Part shown: positions 20,216 to 31,367 of the stretch, piece by piece | Numbering within the stretch: the first letter of the stretch is position 1 | Layout: each line of letters begins with the position of its first letter | Origin: Babesia bigemina | Lineage: Eukaryota | Assembly: GCF_000981445.1 (NCBI RefSeq) | Contig: NC_027218.1 | Location: 1,364,001 to 1,428,000, forward strand | Length of the DNA: 64,000 bases | Direction: 5' to 3' | Program-made: the position numbers and the translations under genes | Notes under the pieces: generated by a model | Databases searched by the model: none | What the model saw: the letters and a program-made list of their open reading frames with translations, nothing else | Told to the model about the DNA's origin: nothing

Positions 20216-23200
20216 ATGGTCCCTAAAAGTAAGTTGCTTCGCGTCGGCATTTCACCTCGTCGCAGAGACGCTGGGCGAGCTCCAGAGCGCCTACGACCCC
20301 AAGGCGGTCGAGGAAGGCTGGTACGATTGGTGGTCCAGCCAGGGTCTGTTCACCCCGTCGAGTGAGTCGGAGCCCAATGCCAAGGGGCGTTGGGTGGCCG
20401 TGCTGCCCCCTCCGAATGTCACTGGAAAGCTGCACATCGGCCACGCGCTGACCGTGTCCATCCAGGACTGCCTGGCCAGATGGTGAGCTCGTTGGTCGTG
20501 TTTGTGACGTGTTGCAGGCATCGCATGAGGGGCGACACCACCCTGTGGATCCCCGGCACCGACCACGCCGGCATCGCCACCCAGACGGTTGTGGAGCGCA
20601 TGCTGATGCAGACGGAGAACAAGAACCGCCACGATTTCAGCCGCGTCGACTTCGTGAAGCGCGTGTTTGAGTGGAACGACCAGTACGGCAGCAACATCAA
20701 GACCCAGCTGAAGCGCATGGGCGCTTCCCTCGACTGGACGCGCGACGCATTCACCATGGACGCGGTCCGCTCCAAGGCCGTGATCGAGGCGTTCGTGCGC
20801 ATGTATCGCGACGGGCTCATTTACCGCGCCACCCGGTTGGTGTCGTGGTGCCCCCACCTCTCTACGGCGCTCTCCGACATCGAGGTGGACACTTTCGAGG
20901 TCACTGCCCCCGTGCGCATCAAGCTGCCCGGTTACGACTCGACCGTTGAGGTGGGGTCCTTGTGGATCTTCAAGTACCAGGTGAAAGGCGCGGATCCGGA
21001 GAAGCACATCTCCGTCGCCACCACCAGGATAGAGACCATGCTCGGCGACGTGGGCGTCGCGGTGCACCCCAACGACGCCAGGTACCGCGACCTGGTCGGC
21101 TGCGAGCTCGTGCACCCCTTCATCCCCGACCGCAAGCTCGTGGTGGTGGCCGACGAGCACGTGGACCCCGAGTACGGGACTGGCGCAGTGAAGCTGACCC
21201 CATCGCACGACAAGAACGACTACGACATCGCGAAGCGCCACGGTCTGCCGTTCGTGACGATATTCACCGACGACGGCCGCATCAACCGTAACGGCGGGGA
21301 GTTCGAGGGCATGCACCGCTTCGAGTGCCGCAAGGTCATCGAGGGCCGCCTGAAGGAGATGGGCGTGCTCGAGGACAAGGTGCCCAACTCGAAGCCCATG
21401 ACCATCCCGCGCTGCTCGCGCACCGGCGACATCGTGGAGTACATGATAATTCCGCAGTGGTACGTGAACTGCCAGGAGCTGGCTGCGCGCGCGATGGAGC
21501 ACGTTCGCACCGGGGAGCTCACGCTGATCCCCTCGTCGTATGTCTCCGTGTGGGAGATGTGGCTGGGCAACATCCAGGACTGGTGCATCTCCCGTCAGCT
21601 GTGGTGGGGTCACCGCATTCCCGCGTACCGCGTGGTATCTGCGGAGCTCAATGGCGAGGAGCCGTGGATCATCGCCCACGACCAGGCCGAGGCGGAGGAG
21701 CTGGCCAGGCGCCAGTACCCCTCCCTGACTTCGTTCGAGCTCAAGCAGGACGAGGACGTGCTCGACACGTGGTTTTCGTCCGGGCTCTTCCCCCTGTCCA
21801 CCCTCGGCTGGCCTGACGAGCAGCACCCGGACTTTTTGAAGTTCTTCCCCACCACCCTGCTCGAGACCGGCAACGACATCATCTTCTTCTGGGTTGCGCG
21901 CATGGTGATGATGTCGCTGCACCTGATGGGCAAGCTGCCGTTCTCTAAAGTCTACCTGCACCCGCTGGTGCGCGATGCGCGCGGTGAGAAGATGAGCAAG
22001 AGCAAGGGCAACGTGCTGGACCCCCTGGAGGTCATTGAGGGGACCACCCTCGAGAGCCTCAATGAAAAGATCACCAACTCCAGCCTGCCTGCCGGTGAGA
22101 TCAAGAAGGCCATTGCGCTTCAGAAGCAGCAGTTCCCGCAGGGCATCCCCGCTTGCGGCACTGACGCCCTCCGTCTCGGCCTGCTCTCCCTGACCCGCCA
22201 GAACCGGGCGATCCTGCTCGATGTGAACAAGATCATCAGCTGCAGGCACTTCGGCAACAAGATTTGGAACGCGCTGAAGTTCGCCATGCCCAAGATCCAG
22301 GGCCTCAGGGTCGACATGGGTACAGTGCCCTCGACCCTGCAGTGGGAGGACCGCTGGATTTTGCTGAAGCTGAACGAGTACATCGCCAAGGTGCGTACCA
22401 CGGCTGTGGCATCCAAACTTTGCGCAGGTCACTGAGGCCTTCGAAAACTACCAGTTCGGCGACGCCGTGCAGGCCGCCTACGACTTCTGGCTGTACCAGC
22501 TCTGCGACGTCTACCTCGAGGTGGTGAAGCCGCGCCTGCCGTCGTTCAAGGACGTTGCGGAGGTCGGCCCCGTCGTGGAGGGCGCCATTTACGCCCTCAA
22601 CAGCAGCTTCAGCGTCGGCCTGCGCCTGCTGCACCCCATCATGCCGTACATCACGGAGGAGCTCTACCACCACCTGCCGGAGCACCTGCGCACGAGCGAC
22701 TCCATCTGCGTGGCGGAGTTTCCCACCGTCCAGTCGGCGTGGGAGGACGCCTCTGTCGATGGCGAGATGCAGCTGTTGAAGTCCGCGGTGCACAGCCTGC
22801 GCTCGCTTGCCGTCACTCTGGGCATCCCGCCGAGCGTGGCCAAGACCGGTTTCCTGGTCGCCACCGATCCGCGCGACTCCGGCGTGCTCGCCACGCTGTC
22901 GCCGCATGCAGCGACGCTAGCCAAGTTCGAAAGGGTAGGTTCATCCGCATCATCTTTAACTGTCGGCAGGTGTCCGTCGTCTCCGCAGGCGCCCCGGAGC
23001 TGGCGCAATGCGTGCAGGACGTGTCGTCATCGTACGTCTCCTACGTCCAGGTGGACAGCAGCATGGACCTGAGCAAGACGACCGCCAAGCTGTCCGCCAA
23101 GCTGCAGAAGTCCCGCCAGTCGCTGCAGGGCTACCAGAAGAAGCTGACTGCCCCCGACTACGAGTCGAAGGTGCCGGAGAGCGTGCGCGAGCTCAACGCC

Positions 23201-23278
23201 GCTAAGATCCAGGAGCTGGAGCTCGAGATTTCGCAGCTGGAGCGCGCCATTGCGGAGTTGGAGAGGCTGCGCATTTGA
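20216..23278 (+). CDS. valS: Valyl-tRNA synthetase (5 exons)
   Basis: [52 protein letters not shown] and KMSKSKGN motifs, C-terminal coiled coil. Short introns near 20229, 20483, 22391 and 22935. An in-frame upstream ATG at 20159 is an alternative start. Confidence 0.95.
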
Positions 23279-23487
23279 CGGCACCGGTCTTTCCGCTAGG
23301 AGTCACACCCGCTCGCCAACGGTCATTGTCACCGGAGCACCAAGACGGGCCGTATCTCAACAATTTGCGCCGGCAACACTGCCGACTTGCAATGGCAGCG
23401 GCCAACTACAAGGCAAGCACAACATGAATCGCTAATGCAATTGGTTTAAGCATCTATTAGCAACAAAAGTATCTGTCATGACGCCAC

Positions 23488-26421
23488 CTATCGTGCGCCA
23501 ACGGGGGTCTGCCGCTGGTGCCTGTTGTTCTGCATCTGGCGGCGGTTGCGGTTAAAGTTGGGGGTCGCGTGGTGGCGGTCGTCGCGCCTGTTTCCGTATG
23601 AGAACTTGCTGTCGCGCGGCTGGAAGCGGCGGTCCTGCGAGAGCGCGAACTTGGGGTTCTTCATGTTCAGCGTCATCTCGTTCTGCTCCACAGCGGTGGT
23701 GAGGTTCTCCGCGAGCTTGATGGCCAGCTTCTGGAGGTCGGTGGGCTCGGTGTGGTTGATGAGGCAGCACTTGCTGCTGTCGTCCCAGGTGGCGTGGATC
23801 TCTCCCGAAATGATCATCTTGCTCAGGAGCGAGTGGATCACGTTGGGGTTGAGGTCGAACATGTCGGACAACTGGTCCACGGAGAAGGAGTCGTAGACGC
23901 TCACGTACTTGAAGATGTAGGTGTTGAATGCCTCGACCTTGATGCGCTCCTTCAGGATGAGCATGACGCTCTCCTTGTCGGGTAGCCTGTTCCAGATGGT
24001 AAGACTGGCCAGCTGCTCGTAGCAGTCCTTCCAGTTGCCGCTCTGCAGGTGCTTGAAGGTCGCCATCACCATGTCACGGTTGTTCTCCGGGGGGCCGACG
24101 AACACCTGCTTGTCGTACATCTCGTACATGCGGCGGAACTGCCTCGAGATGATTTCACGGGAGTTGATGGTCGACTTGGCCAAGTTCGCAGTCTCGAGCA
24201 GGCACGCGCAGATGTTGTTGATGCACTCGATGAGCTCGATGTTGAGGTGCATGTGGAAGGGCAGCAGCCTGCGCTTCTCAGCGCGCTCCTGCTCCGGCGG
24301 CTTCTCGTAGTTCTTCAACATGGAGAGGCCCTGGGCCAACAGCTCCTTGTGCCTGTTTTGCGAGCACAGGTCCATGAGGTACGAGTGCGCATCGCTGATG
24401 TATCCCTTCCTGAATGCGCATATTCCCAACTGAGCGATGTTGCGATTGAGTAAAATCTGCGTGGAAATGTTGGTTTCCGTCGCCAGTTCGTGGATGTTGG
24501 GCGTCAGCAGCAGATCCCTGGCCTCGAAGTAGTGCCCGTGAAGCGCCTTGTTGAACGCCAGGTGCAGGCAGGCCCTGACCTTCTCCCTGGTCGCCCCGTG
24601 TTCGAAGACGAAGTAGACCAGTTCCTCAACGACATCAGACGCCTTCTTGCCTTCGTCGGCGAAGAACAAAGAAGTGTCGTCCTTCGGGGTAGCCTTCTGG
24701 CGCACCAACTCCCAAATCTTGCCCGACACTACGTCGTCCTTGTAGTGCAGGTGCTCCAGCATGATGATTGCGATGCCAGCGGCGTGCTTCATGCACTCTT
24801 TGCCCTTGCTCAGGCAGTACATGAGGGTCTTGTGCAGCAGGTAGAGCATGTTGACGTTGTACACGAGCATGGTGTTGTAGTCGTCGCTTCCGACGTCGAT
24901 GTACAGCAGACCCTTGTACAGCTCGTCGTTCAGCTTGCGCACGATGGACTCCAGGATGGTCATCGAGCGCTCCAGCCTGCCCTCGCGCGTCTGCCCGGGC
25001 GCGCCGGCCTCCTTCTCGCCCTGCGAGTCCTCCGCGTTGGGATCGTCACTATCCATGGACTCCGATGAGAGCAGGGCCTGCGGGTGGTCCCGGAGCTCTC
25101 CTATCAGGTGGGACACGATCCTGTACGAGTCGATCCACTGCTTCGGCAACATGGCGCCGTAGGCGTTGGAGTAGCTGTCGAACTGAATGTGCAGCAGGGT
25201 CTCGACCACGAAGATGTAGAGTGAGTGCGAAGTGTTCTTGGCGATGTAGGGGAGGGTCTTGAGGTGTCTAATGGTCTCGTGTGTGTTTCCACCCCTCTTC
25301 CCCCTCCTCTCCACGATGGACTTGACGTACTCCTTGACGTTGTCCGCCGAGAGGAACACCTTGTCCAGCACGGCGTCGATCTCGGGCGTCGAGACTCCGA
25401 AGGGGTCGTCCTCCGCGGACAGCTCCAGCTTGTCGAGAGCTGGCATCACAACATCAGCCACCATGGCGACGGTGGCCGTGACACCCATGCCCGATGTGGT
25501 CGGTTGCCTCTCACGGTCGTCCTTCTTCTTGACCGTCTTGGCCTTGGGCTTCTTGACCGTGGTCTTGGGTTTCGCGACCTTTACGGTGGACTCGCTCTTC
25601 TTAACTCCCCACTTGGCCAGGGCAGACTCGTGCTTGTCAGTGGCGTCGTTGTCAGACAGGCTAGAGACGCCGGAGTCCGACCAGTCGGAGTAGTCTGAGT
25701 CTTCCTCGCTTCCCTCCTCCTTCATCGATTCCTCATCGCCGCCTTCCGAGCCCTCGTCTTCTTCCTCTTCCTCCGATTCGGACTCGGACTCCGACTCTTC
25801 GCTGACGTCATCCGAGGCCTCATCGCTCTCATCACTGTCGCTCTCGCTGTCACTGTCGTAGTCATCGTCGGAGTCCTCCTCGTCGGACGTCTCCTTCAAA
25901 ATGTCAACGTACGCATCGGGGTCTTTGTTGTACTCCTCCACGACATCGGCGTGCTGCTCGTTGAACTTCCTCAGTCGCGATCGCAGCGTGTTCAAGGATA
26001 TGGCACGCGCCTTGGACATTTTCTTCATCGTTTCCTTGTCCTTCTGCTTCTCCTCGACGAACTGCTGGAGGTCCAAAATGACCTCGACGATCAGCTTGGG
26101 GATCCTCGACTTCGCGTACTGCTTCTCGACCAATCTGGCGACGTTGTCGTAGTCCTTCAGCAGCTCCGAGAAGTCGCTGATGCTCTTGTGGTGCTCCATG
26201 GTCTTGCTGTAGTTCTGAATGACCTCCAGAGCCTTGGCCCTGGCCGAGCGGACGACGCGGTTTTCGTCGTCGTCACTCGAGCTGTCACTCGCAACCCAGG
26301 CGGCCGCGGCCTGTCGCTTGGTCGCATCGCGGTCGCCAGCATCGCTGGAGTATCCGGAGGAGTCGGAGTACGAGCTATCCGAGTCATCTCCCCAGAACTT
26401 GGACTGCACGTTCGTCGCCAT
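23488..26421 (-). CDS. eIF3c: Eukaryotic translation initiation factor 3 subunit C
   Basis: MATNVQSKFW start, acidic N-terminus RVVRSARAK; QILLNRNIAQLGICAFRKG, KELLAQG, LPFHMHLNIELIECI, GPPENNRD; PCI domain. Confidence 0.93.
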   Translation of the reverse strand: MATNVQSKFWGDDSDSSYSDSSGYSSDAGDRDATKRQAAAAWVASDSSSDDDENRVVRSARAKALEVIQNYSKTMEHHKSISDFSELLKDYDNVARLVEKQYAKSRIPKLIVEVILDLQQFVEEKQKDKETMKKMSKARAISLNTLRSRLRKFNEQHADVVEEYNKDPDAYVDILKETSDEEDSDDDYDSDSESDSDESDEASDDVSEESESESESEEEEEDEGSEGGDEESMKEEGSEEDSDYSDWSDSGVSSLSDNDATDKHESALAKWGVKKSESTVKVAKPKTTVKKPKAKTVKKKDDRERQPTTSGMGVTATVAMVADVVMPALDKLELSAEDDPFGVSTPEIDAVLDKVFLSADNVKEYVKSIVERRGKRGGNTHETIRHLKTLPYIAKNTSHSLYIFVVETLLHIQFDSYSNAYGAMLPKQWIDSYRIVSHLIGELRDHPQALLSSESMDSDDPNAEDSQGEKEAGAPGQTREGRLERSMTILESIVRKLNDELYKGLLYIDVGSDDYNTMLVYNVNMLYLLHKTLMYCLSKGKECMKHAAGIAIIMLEHLHYKDDVVSGKIWELVRQKATPKDDTSLFFADEGKKASDVVEELVYFVFEHGATREKVRACLHLAFNKALHGHYFEARDLLLTPNIHELATETNISTQILLNRNIAQLGICAFRKGYISDAHSYLMDLCSQNRHKELLAQGLSMLKNYEKPPEQERAEKRRLLPFHMHLNIELIECINNICACLLETANLAKSTINSREIISRQFRRMYEMYDKQVFVGPPENNRDMVMATFKHLQSGNWKDCYEQLASLTIWNRLPDKESVMLILKERIKVEAFNTYIFKYVSVYDSFSVDQLSDMFDLNPNVIHSLLSKMIISGEIHATWDDSSKCCLINHTEPTDLQKLAIKLAENLTTAVEQNEMTLNMKNPKFALSQDRRFQPRDSKFSYGNRRDDRHHATPNFNRNRRQMQNNRHQRQTPVGAR

Positions 26422-27184
26422 GGTGAAATCACAGGCGGATGCAAAGGTAAATAATGAGTTGTCAGGATCTGCGGAAACGATGAGGTTTTGAGACAACAGG
26501 TTAACCATCAAAAAATAGATCCCACCGTAAATCACTGTATCCAGAACGACATGAACGTGTAACGAGTATCAGAATAACACAAAAAATATGACCCCAAAGC
26601 ACCAAGGCACGTCAAACACCTGGACCACGACGGCTTGGCAGGGTGCTGCCAGTACCACCAGCACGGTAACCCAGAACCAGCCAATCACGGAGCAACTACA
26701 ACACCGAAATAAACGGCAATTACGTACACAATTAATAGGGAGACTACCACTGCGGTCAGATGAAACGAGGACGTATATCTGCGTTGGAATCGCCAGACCC
26801 AGTGTTTGGACACCCACCCACGGCGCCGATCACGCGATAAACGCCGCGAAATCCACGCCCCGATATACACACAGGCGGCTACTACAAAGCACAATGTAAA
26901 CAACGCACGGTTTAACCAACAAGCGGCCGTCCGCTCGGTGATGTGGCTGACAGGCCGAACGCAAACACGAATCCACGCAAGCTCACCTCCCCAGCCTGTT
27001 TGCGCGAAGGCTCGCTACCAACAGTTTGTGCGAAGTATCCCCTACGATGTATTGTGGCGGCCGTGTGCTTTCGACGCGGATAAGGCGCGGCCCCATAGCT
27101 CAGCAGGAAGGCCGGTCCCGCGCGACCTGCTCGGCGGTCACACATCCGGCCATCCTGCGCGGTGTGTTGCGCCAGCTTCCCTTT

Positions 27185-29600
27185 ATGCGTCGTTCACGCG
27201 CGTGGTTCTGGCTCTGCGTCGCCAACCCCCTCGTGTTGCGTTGCTCGGCACTTTGCCTTCGACGCGCGTCCACCTCGGCAACTAGTCAACACCGTGCCAC
27301 GGCAGGCGCCCTAGCCCGAAGCACATTACACTCCACACGTGGACCGGCCTGTTTCGCGTCGGCACGTCACTCGCGCGACCACGCTCCGTCGCCGGCGTAC
27401 CGTGCAGTACCGGGCGTAGCCTTCCAGACAAACAAACATATAAAGCCTGTCTTGTCGCCAAGACACTCTGGTATATATCAGAGCTCACGGCACCTGTCTT
27501 CAGTCGAAGCGTTTCGTAGGTTACGGTTACGCGCTCCCCTATGATGTGTAGCTGCCCTAGAGACGGTTGCGAGGATGGCGGCGGAAGCGTCGCCTACGCA
27601 GATGCTCATGTCGCTGCTTGCGGCGTGCCAGCTGGACGCCATCATCATCGACCACGACGACCCTCACTCCACGGAGATCCCGCACCCCGCCTTCGGCGCG
27701 TTGGAGTTCGTCTCGAGCTTCTCCGGCAGTTGGGGCAAGGCCGTGGTTACCCGCGAAGGTGCATGGCTGTGGACCGATTCGAGGTTGGTGGCGGCGGTTA
27801 ACCGTCTAAGCTGGTTTTAGGTACTACATCCAGGCCGCTCAGCAGCTGTCGCCGCCGTGGGAGCTCATGCGCTACGGCCAGAAGGACGTCCCGGACGTGG
27901 TCAAGTTCCTGAAGGAAAAGCCGTTTAAAAGGGTCGGCGTCGACGCCAGCACCACTCCACACAAGGTGTTGACGCACTACAAGGACAACTTGAAGGACAT
28001 CGAGTTTGTGGAGCTGCATGACAACCCCGTCTACAAGGTATGGGCCGACCGGCCGCAGCTGCCCGTCGACCCGGTGTTCGTCCACCCGGAGAGCTTCACC
28101 GGAATGAGCGCCGCTGACAAGTTGGCCAAGATAAGGAGTGAAATGGACAAGGCCGGTGCCAATGCAGTGGTATTTTCGTTGTTGGACGAAGTCGCGTACG
28201 TTCTCAACCTTCGCGGCCGTGACCTGGATGTCTCACCGCTGTTCTACGCGTATCTGATAGTCGAGAAAGGTGCCGCCACGTAAGTCAGTAGTGCCACGTT
28301 GTCAATGCTAGTAGGCTGTTCATCGACTCAAGGAAGGTCACCGACGAAGTGGAGGAGGCACTCAGGTCGTGCAACGTGACCCGTGCCGACTACGGCGAGC
28401 TGCCCGGCTACTTGGCGTCCATCACCGGCAGCTCCGAGGCTCAGAAGCCAGGAGACAAGTTCAAATTGTGGGTTTCACCGTGCGCGTCAGTCGCTATTTG
28501 CAACTCGTTCCTGTCCAACGCCAGCGAGAAGATGCCGCGCGAACTGTTGCAGGAGGATACCCCAGCATGTATAATGAAGGTAGGTAACGGTCTGCTTTAG
28601 TAGCGTTCATGCGGTTCACAGGCTGTTAAGAACGACGTCGAGCTGGAAGGCATGAAGGAGGCCCACATCCTAGATGGTATCGCGCTGGCCGAGTTCTTCG
28701 CCAAGGTGGAGGTGGGGTTCACCGCGATGAGAAGTTCACGATGTGCAGGCTATGAAAAGTGACGGCACTCTGTTCCAAAGCGATGAGATGGTACTGGGCG
28801 ACCTCAGCACACAGTGCCGCGCTGACCTCAAGGAGAACCGGGGCATTTCCTTCCATCCGATATCGTCCATCGGGCCCAACTGCGCCATCGTCCACTACCG
28901 CGCCACGGCGGAAAGCAAGGCGAAAATCGAGCCTCAGATGTATCTGCTAGACTCCGGCGGGCAGTACGGCGGGGGCACCACCGACGTCACCCGCACGGTG
29001 CACTTCGGAACCCCCTCCGCCGAGGAGAAGGAGTCGTACACCCAGGTGCTCAAGGGCCACCTGGCACTGCGGCACGCCGTTTTCCCCGAGCAGACCCCCG
29101 GCGCCACCTTGGACGTGCTGGCCCGCCAGTTCCTCTGGAGCGCTGGGCGCAACTACTACCACGGAACCGGGCATGGCGTGGGCGCCTACCTCAACGTACA
29201 CGAGGGCCCGATGTCGATATCGTCGCTGATGAAGCCCCGCATGGGCAACGTGAACGTGGTCTACCTGGAGCCCGGCATGGTGCTGTCTAACGAGCCGGGC
29301 TACTACAAGGAGGACCACTACGGCATCAGGATCGAGAACATGGTCTTCGTGCGCCGCGTGGAGGGCGACTTTTCGAAGGACTACACCAAGTTCCTGACCT
29401 TCGACGACCTCACTATGGTGCCCTACTGCAAGGAGCTGATGGACCTGGCCATGATGACCGAGCAGGAGGTCGAGTGGGTGAACGAGTACCACGCGCTAAT
29501 CGCTGCGACGCTGATCCCGCGCATGGAGGCGCTGTCGATCGCCAAATACGCCGCCGCCATCCAGTTCCTGCGCGACGCGGCCGTTCCGTTGCGGAAATGA
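27185..29600 (+). CDS. APP: Aminopeptidase P (Xaa-Pro aminopeptidase, M24B), multi-exon
   Basis: AWLWTDSRY, LDEVAYVLNLRG, YLLDSGGQYGGGTTDVTRT, HGTGHGVGAYLNVHEGP and SNEPGYY..GIRIEN motifs. A leader exon from ATG 27185 splices in frame (intron 27516-27551) to the ATG at 27575. Confidence 0.9.
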
Positions 29601-29751
29601 AGTACCGGCAATCGCTGTCTAATGTATAGTTTTTGCACACCTTCATCGTTTGGTGATGTCACGCCGTCGGTGCGGCTGTAGTGTGTAGATTCCATCAGTG
29701 CCATTCCGGCGGCAATGGCGGGTCCCGCTTGTTAACACGCGCGCGTGAGCA

Positions 29752-30486
29752 ATGTTTGCGACGGCCTTCTTTCGGTTGGCGCGGCCGCAGCCGTTCCTCG
29801 TGCAGAGCCGGTCGGTCGTACAGTCGCGGTTCGCGAAGAAGGCCAACGACGTGGCGGAGAAGCTGCCCTTTAAGGTTGGTAACGTCGCTGTAGTCGTGTA
29901 TCGTGGTTGTATGTGGCTGAAGTGCGTGCTTTATCTGCTGTTTCACGCGCCGTCGGCGCTTCCACACCCGCATTCTTCCACTACCTAAAGAGACACGTCC
30001 ACTCCATTTCAGGTGACCCGTACCCCGTCCGGCAACCTCGCAGTGTACGTGAAGATCCGCGCGCACGGCACGCTCGTGTATACGGTGGTTCGGCGCATCT
30101 ACGGCGACGTCGACGTTAGTTGAGCAGCTCCACCTCCACAGCGCCCACAGGCCATGAAGCAGCAGCTGCGGATCCTCTGCGAATCACCCGTGCGCGAGCG
30201 CATCGGCAGCCTCGAGGTACACGGTCTGCATGTAAAGAAGATCAAGAAGTGGCTCGTTCAGTGCGGGTAGGTGTTTTTATACGAGGCTTTTGTGCGGCCA
30301 CGCGGTGGCCGTCGAAAGCAGTACGCTGGAGTGGTGGCGACACAACCACCACTTTGACCCGCTCACGCGCATCACCAACTGGCTGCTTGCACCAGGGAAG
30401 GTTGGATACGGTGGGCATACATGACCACGGGCCTAACGGGCGACTGTGCACTTGGTCCGCATTCATCATAGCAACGCAGGTTCTGA
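29752..30486 (+). CDS. MRPL49: Mitochondrial ribosomal protein mL49 (Img2)-like, 4 exons
   Basis: Spliced product: mito-type leader, then LPFK|VTRTPSGNLAVYVKIRAHGTLVYTVVRRIYGDVD|AMKQQL..GSLEVHGLHVKKIKKWLVQCG|F*. Introns 29875-30012, ~30115-30150 and 30267-30479. Confidence 0.8.
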
Positions 30487-30552
30487 GCGCGCCGCGCAAA
30501 CATCGCATTAATCTGACTTAAACACTTAAATCATAGTTCTCTGTGCGCCAGT

Positions 30553-30828
30553 TCAGTTGAGCAGGCCGTGCTCCTTGAAGAGGCGGTTCATGGCCTCGTC
30601 GGCGTCGCCACCCAGGCGCATCTTGTGGCTGATGGCCAAAACGATGTTCTGGTTGTTGTAAACACCGTTCTCGTCAGTCTGCAGCAGGTGTAAGGGCCAG
30701 GGTGTGCGACCTACCATGCCGATGTTGACCTGGATGGATCCGTGGTCCTGAGCGGGCAGCAGGCGGGAAGTGGCGGAGCACTTGCGGGGGATGTAAAGGT
30801 CAACGAGCTTTCCGTCGTCGTTAATCAT
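30553..30828 (-). CDS. RPS21: 40S ribosomal protein S21 (eS21), one 36-nt intron
   Basis: [37 protein letters not shown]...[10 protein letters not shown]; in-frame intron gtaggtc...ctgcag 30679-30714. Confidence 0.93.
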   Translation of the reverse strand: MINDDGKLVDLYIPRKCSATSRLLPAQDHGSIQVNIGMVGRTPWPLHLLQTDENGVYNNQNIVLAISHKMRLGGDADEAMNRLFKEHGLLN

Positions 30829-31367
30829 TTTGGACCTGCGCGGCGTTAGCGGGAGGCAACGTTGGCGCGAAGGCGGTGGGCGGAGGCGGCCGTTGCCGCA
30901 ACGGCCACCATAACTTACCGATTTGACTTGGCTGCGCGCTTCGCGATATACGTACAGTAAAATTTGCGGTACGGTGGTGTGGAGTGGCTGGGCCGGCCGT
31001 GCGGAGCATAACCTTCGTTTCCTGCCCATCCCCATAAGCCGCGTGCTGGTGGTAGAGGTGTGGCCGGCCAGTTCAGCCGACGCTGGGCGGCCTGGTACCG
31101 CGACCGCGCGGCTCCATGCGATACACATACGGTCAAAAGGATATATAGTGCCGATTACGGCGGCGTTGTTTGGGGAGCATCTCCCGCCATCAGACATCAG
31201 ACGCTCGGTGTGTCGAGCTGGATGAGTTGACATAGTACGTAGTTAGTCTAGGACGACCACGTAGCTACATTTACGGCACAACTGTCCACCGCTTGCTACG
31301 CAACAGCATCGTTCGGCGATACGCGTGTCTAAACGTACAGTACCTTTAAGCACATGATACGACTGTT

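Noticed and set aside
20291..22432. 713-aa antisense ORF opposite ValRS (and similar ones opposite eIF3c, V-ATPase and APP)
   Set aside because: Expected from strong GC3 codon bias on the coding strand; no recognisable motifs.
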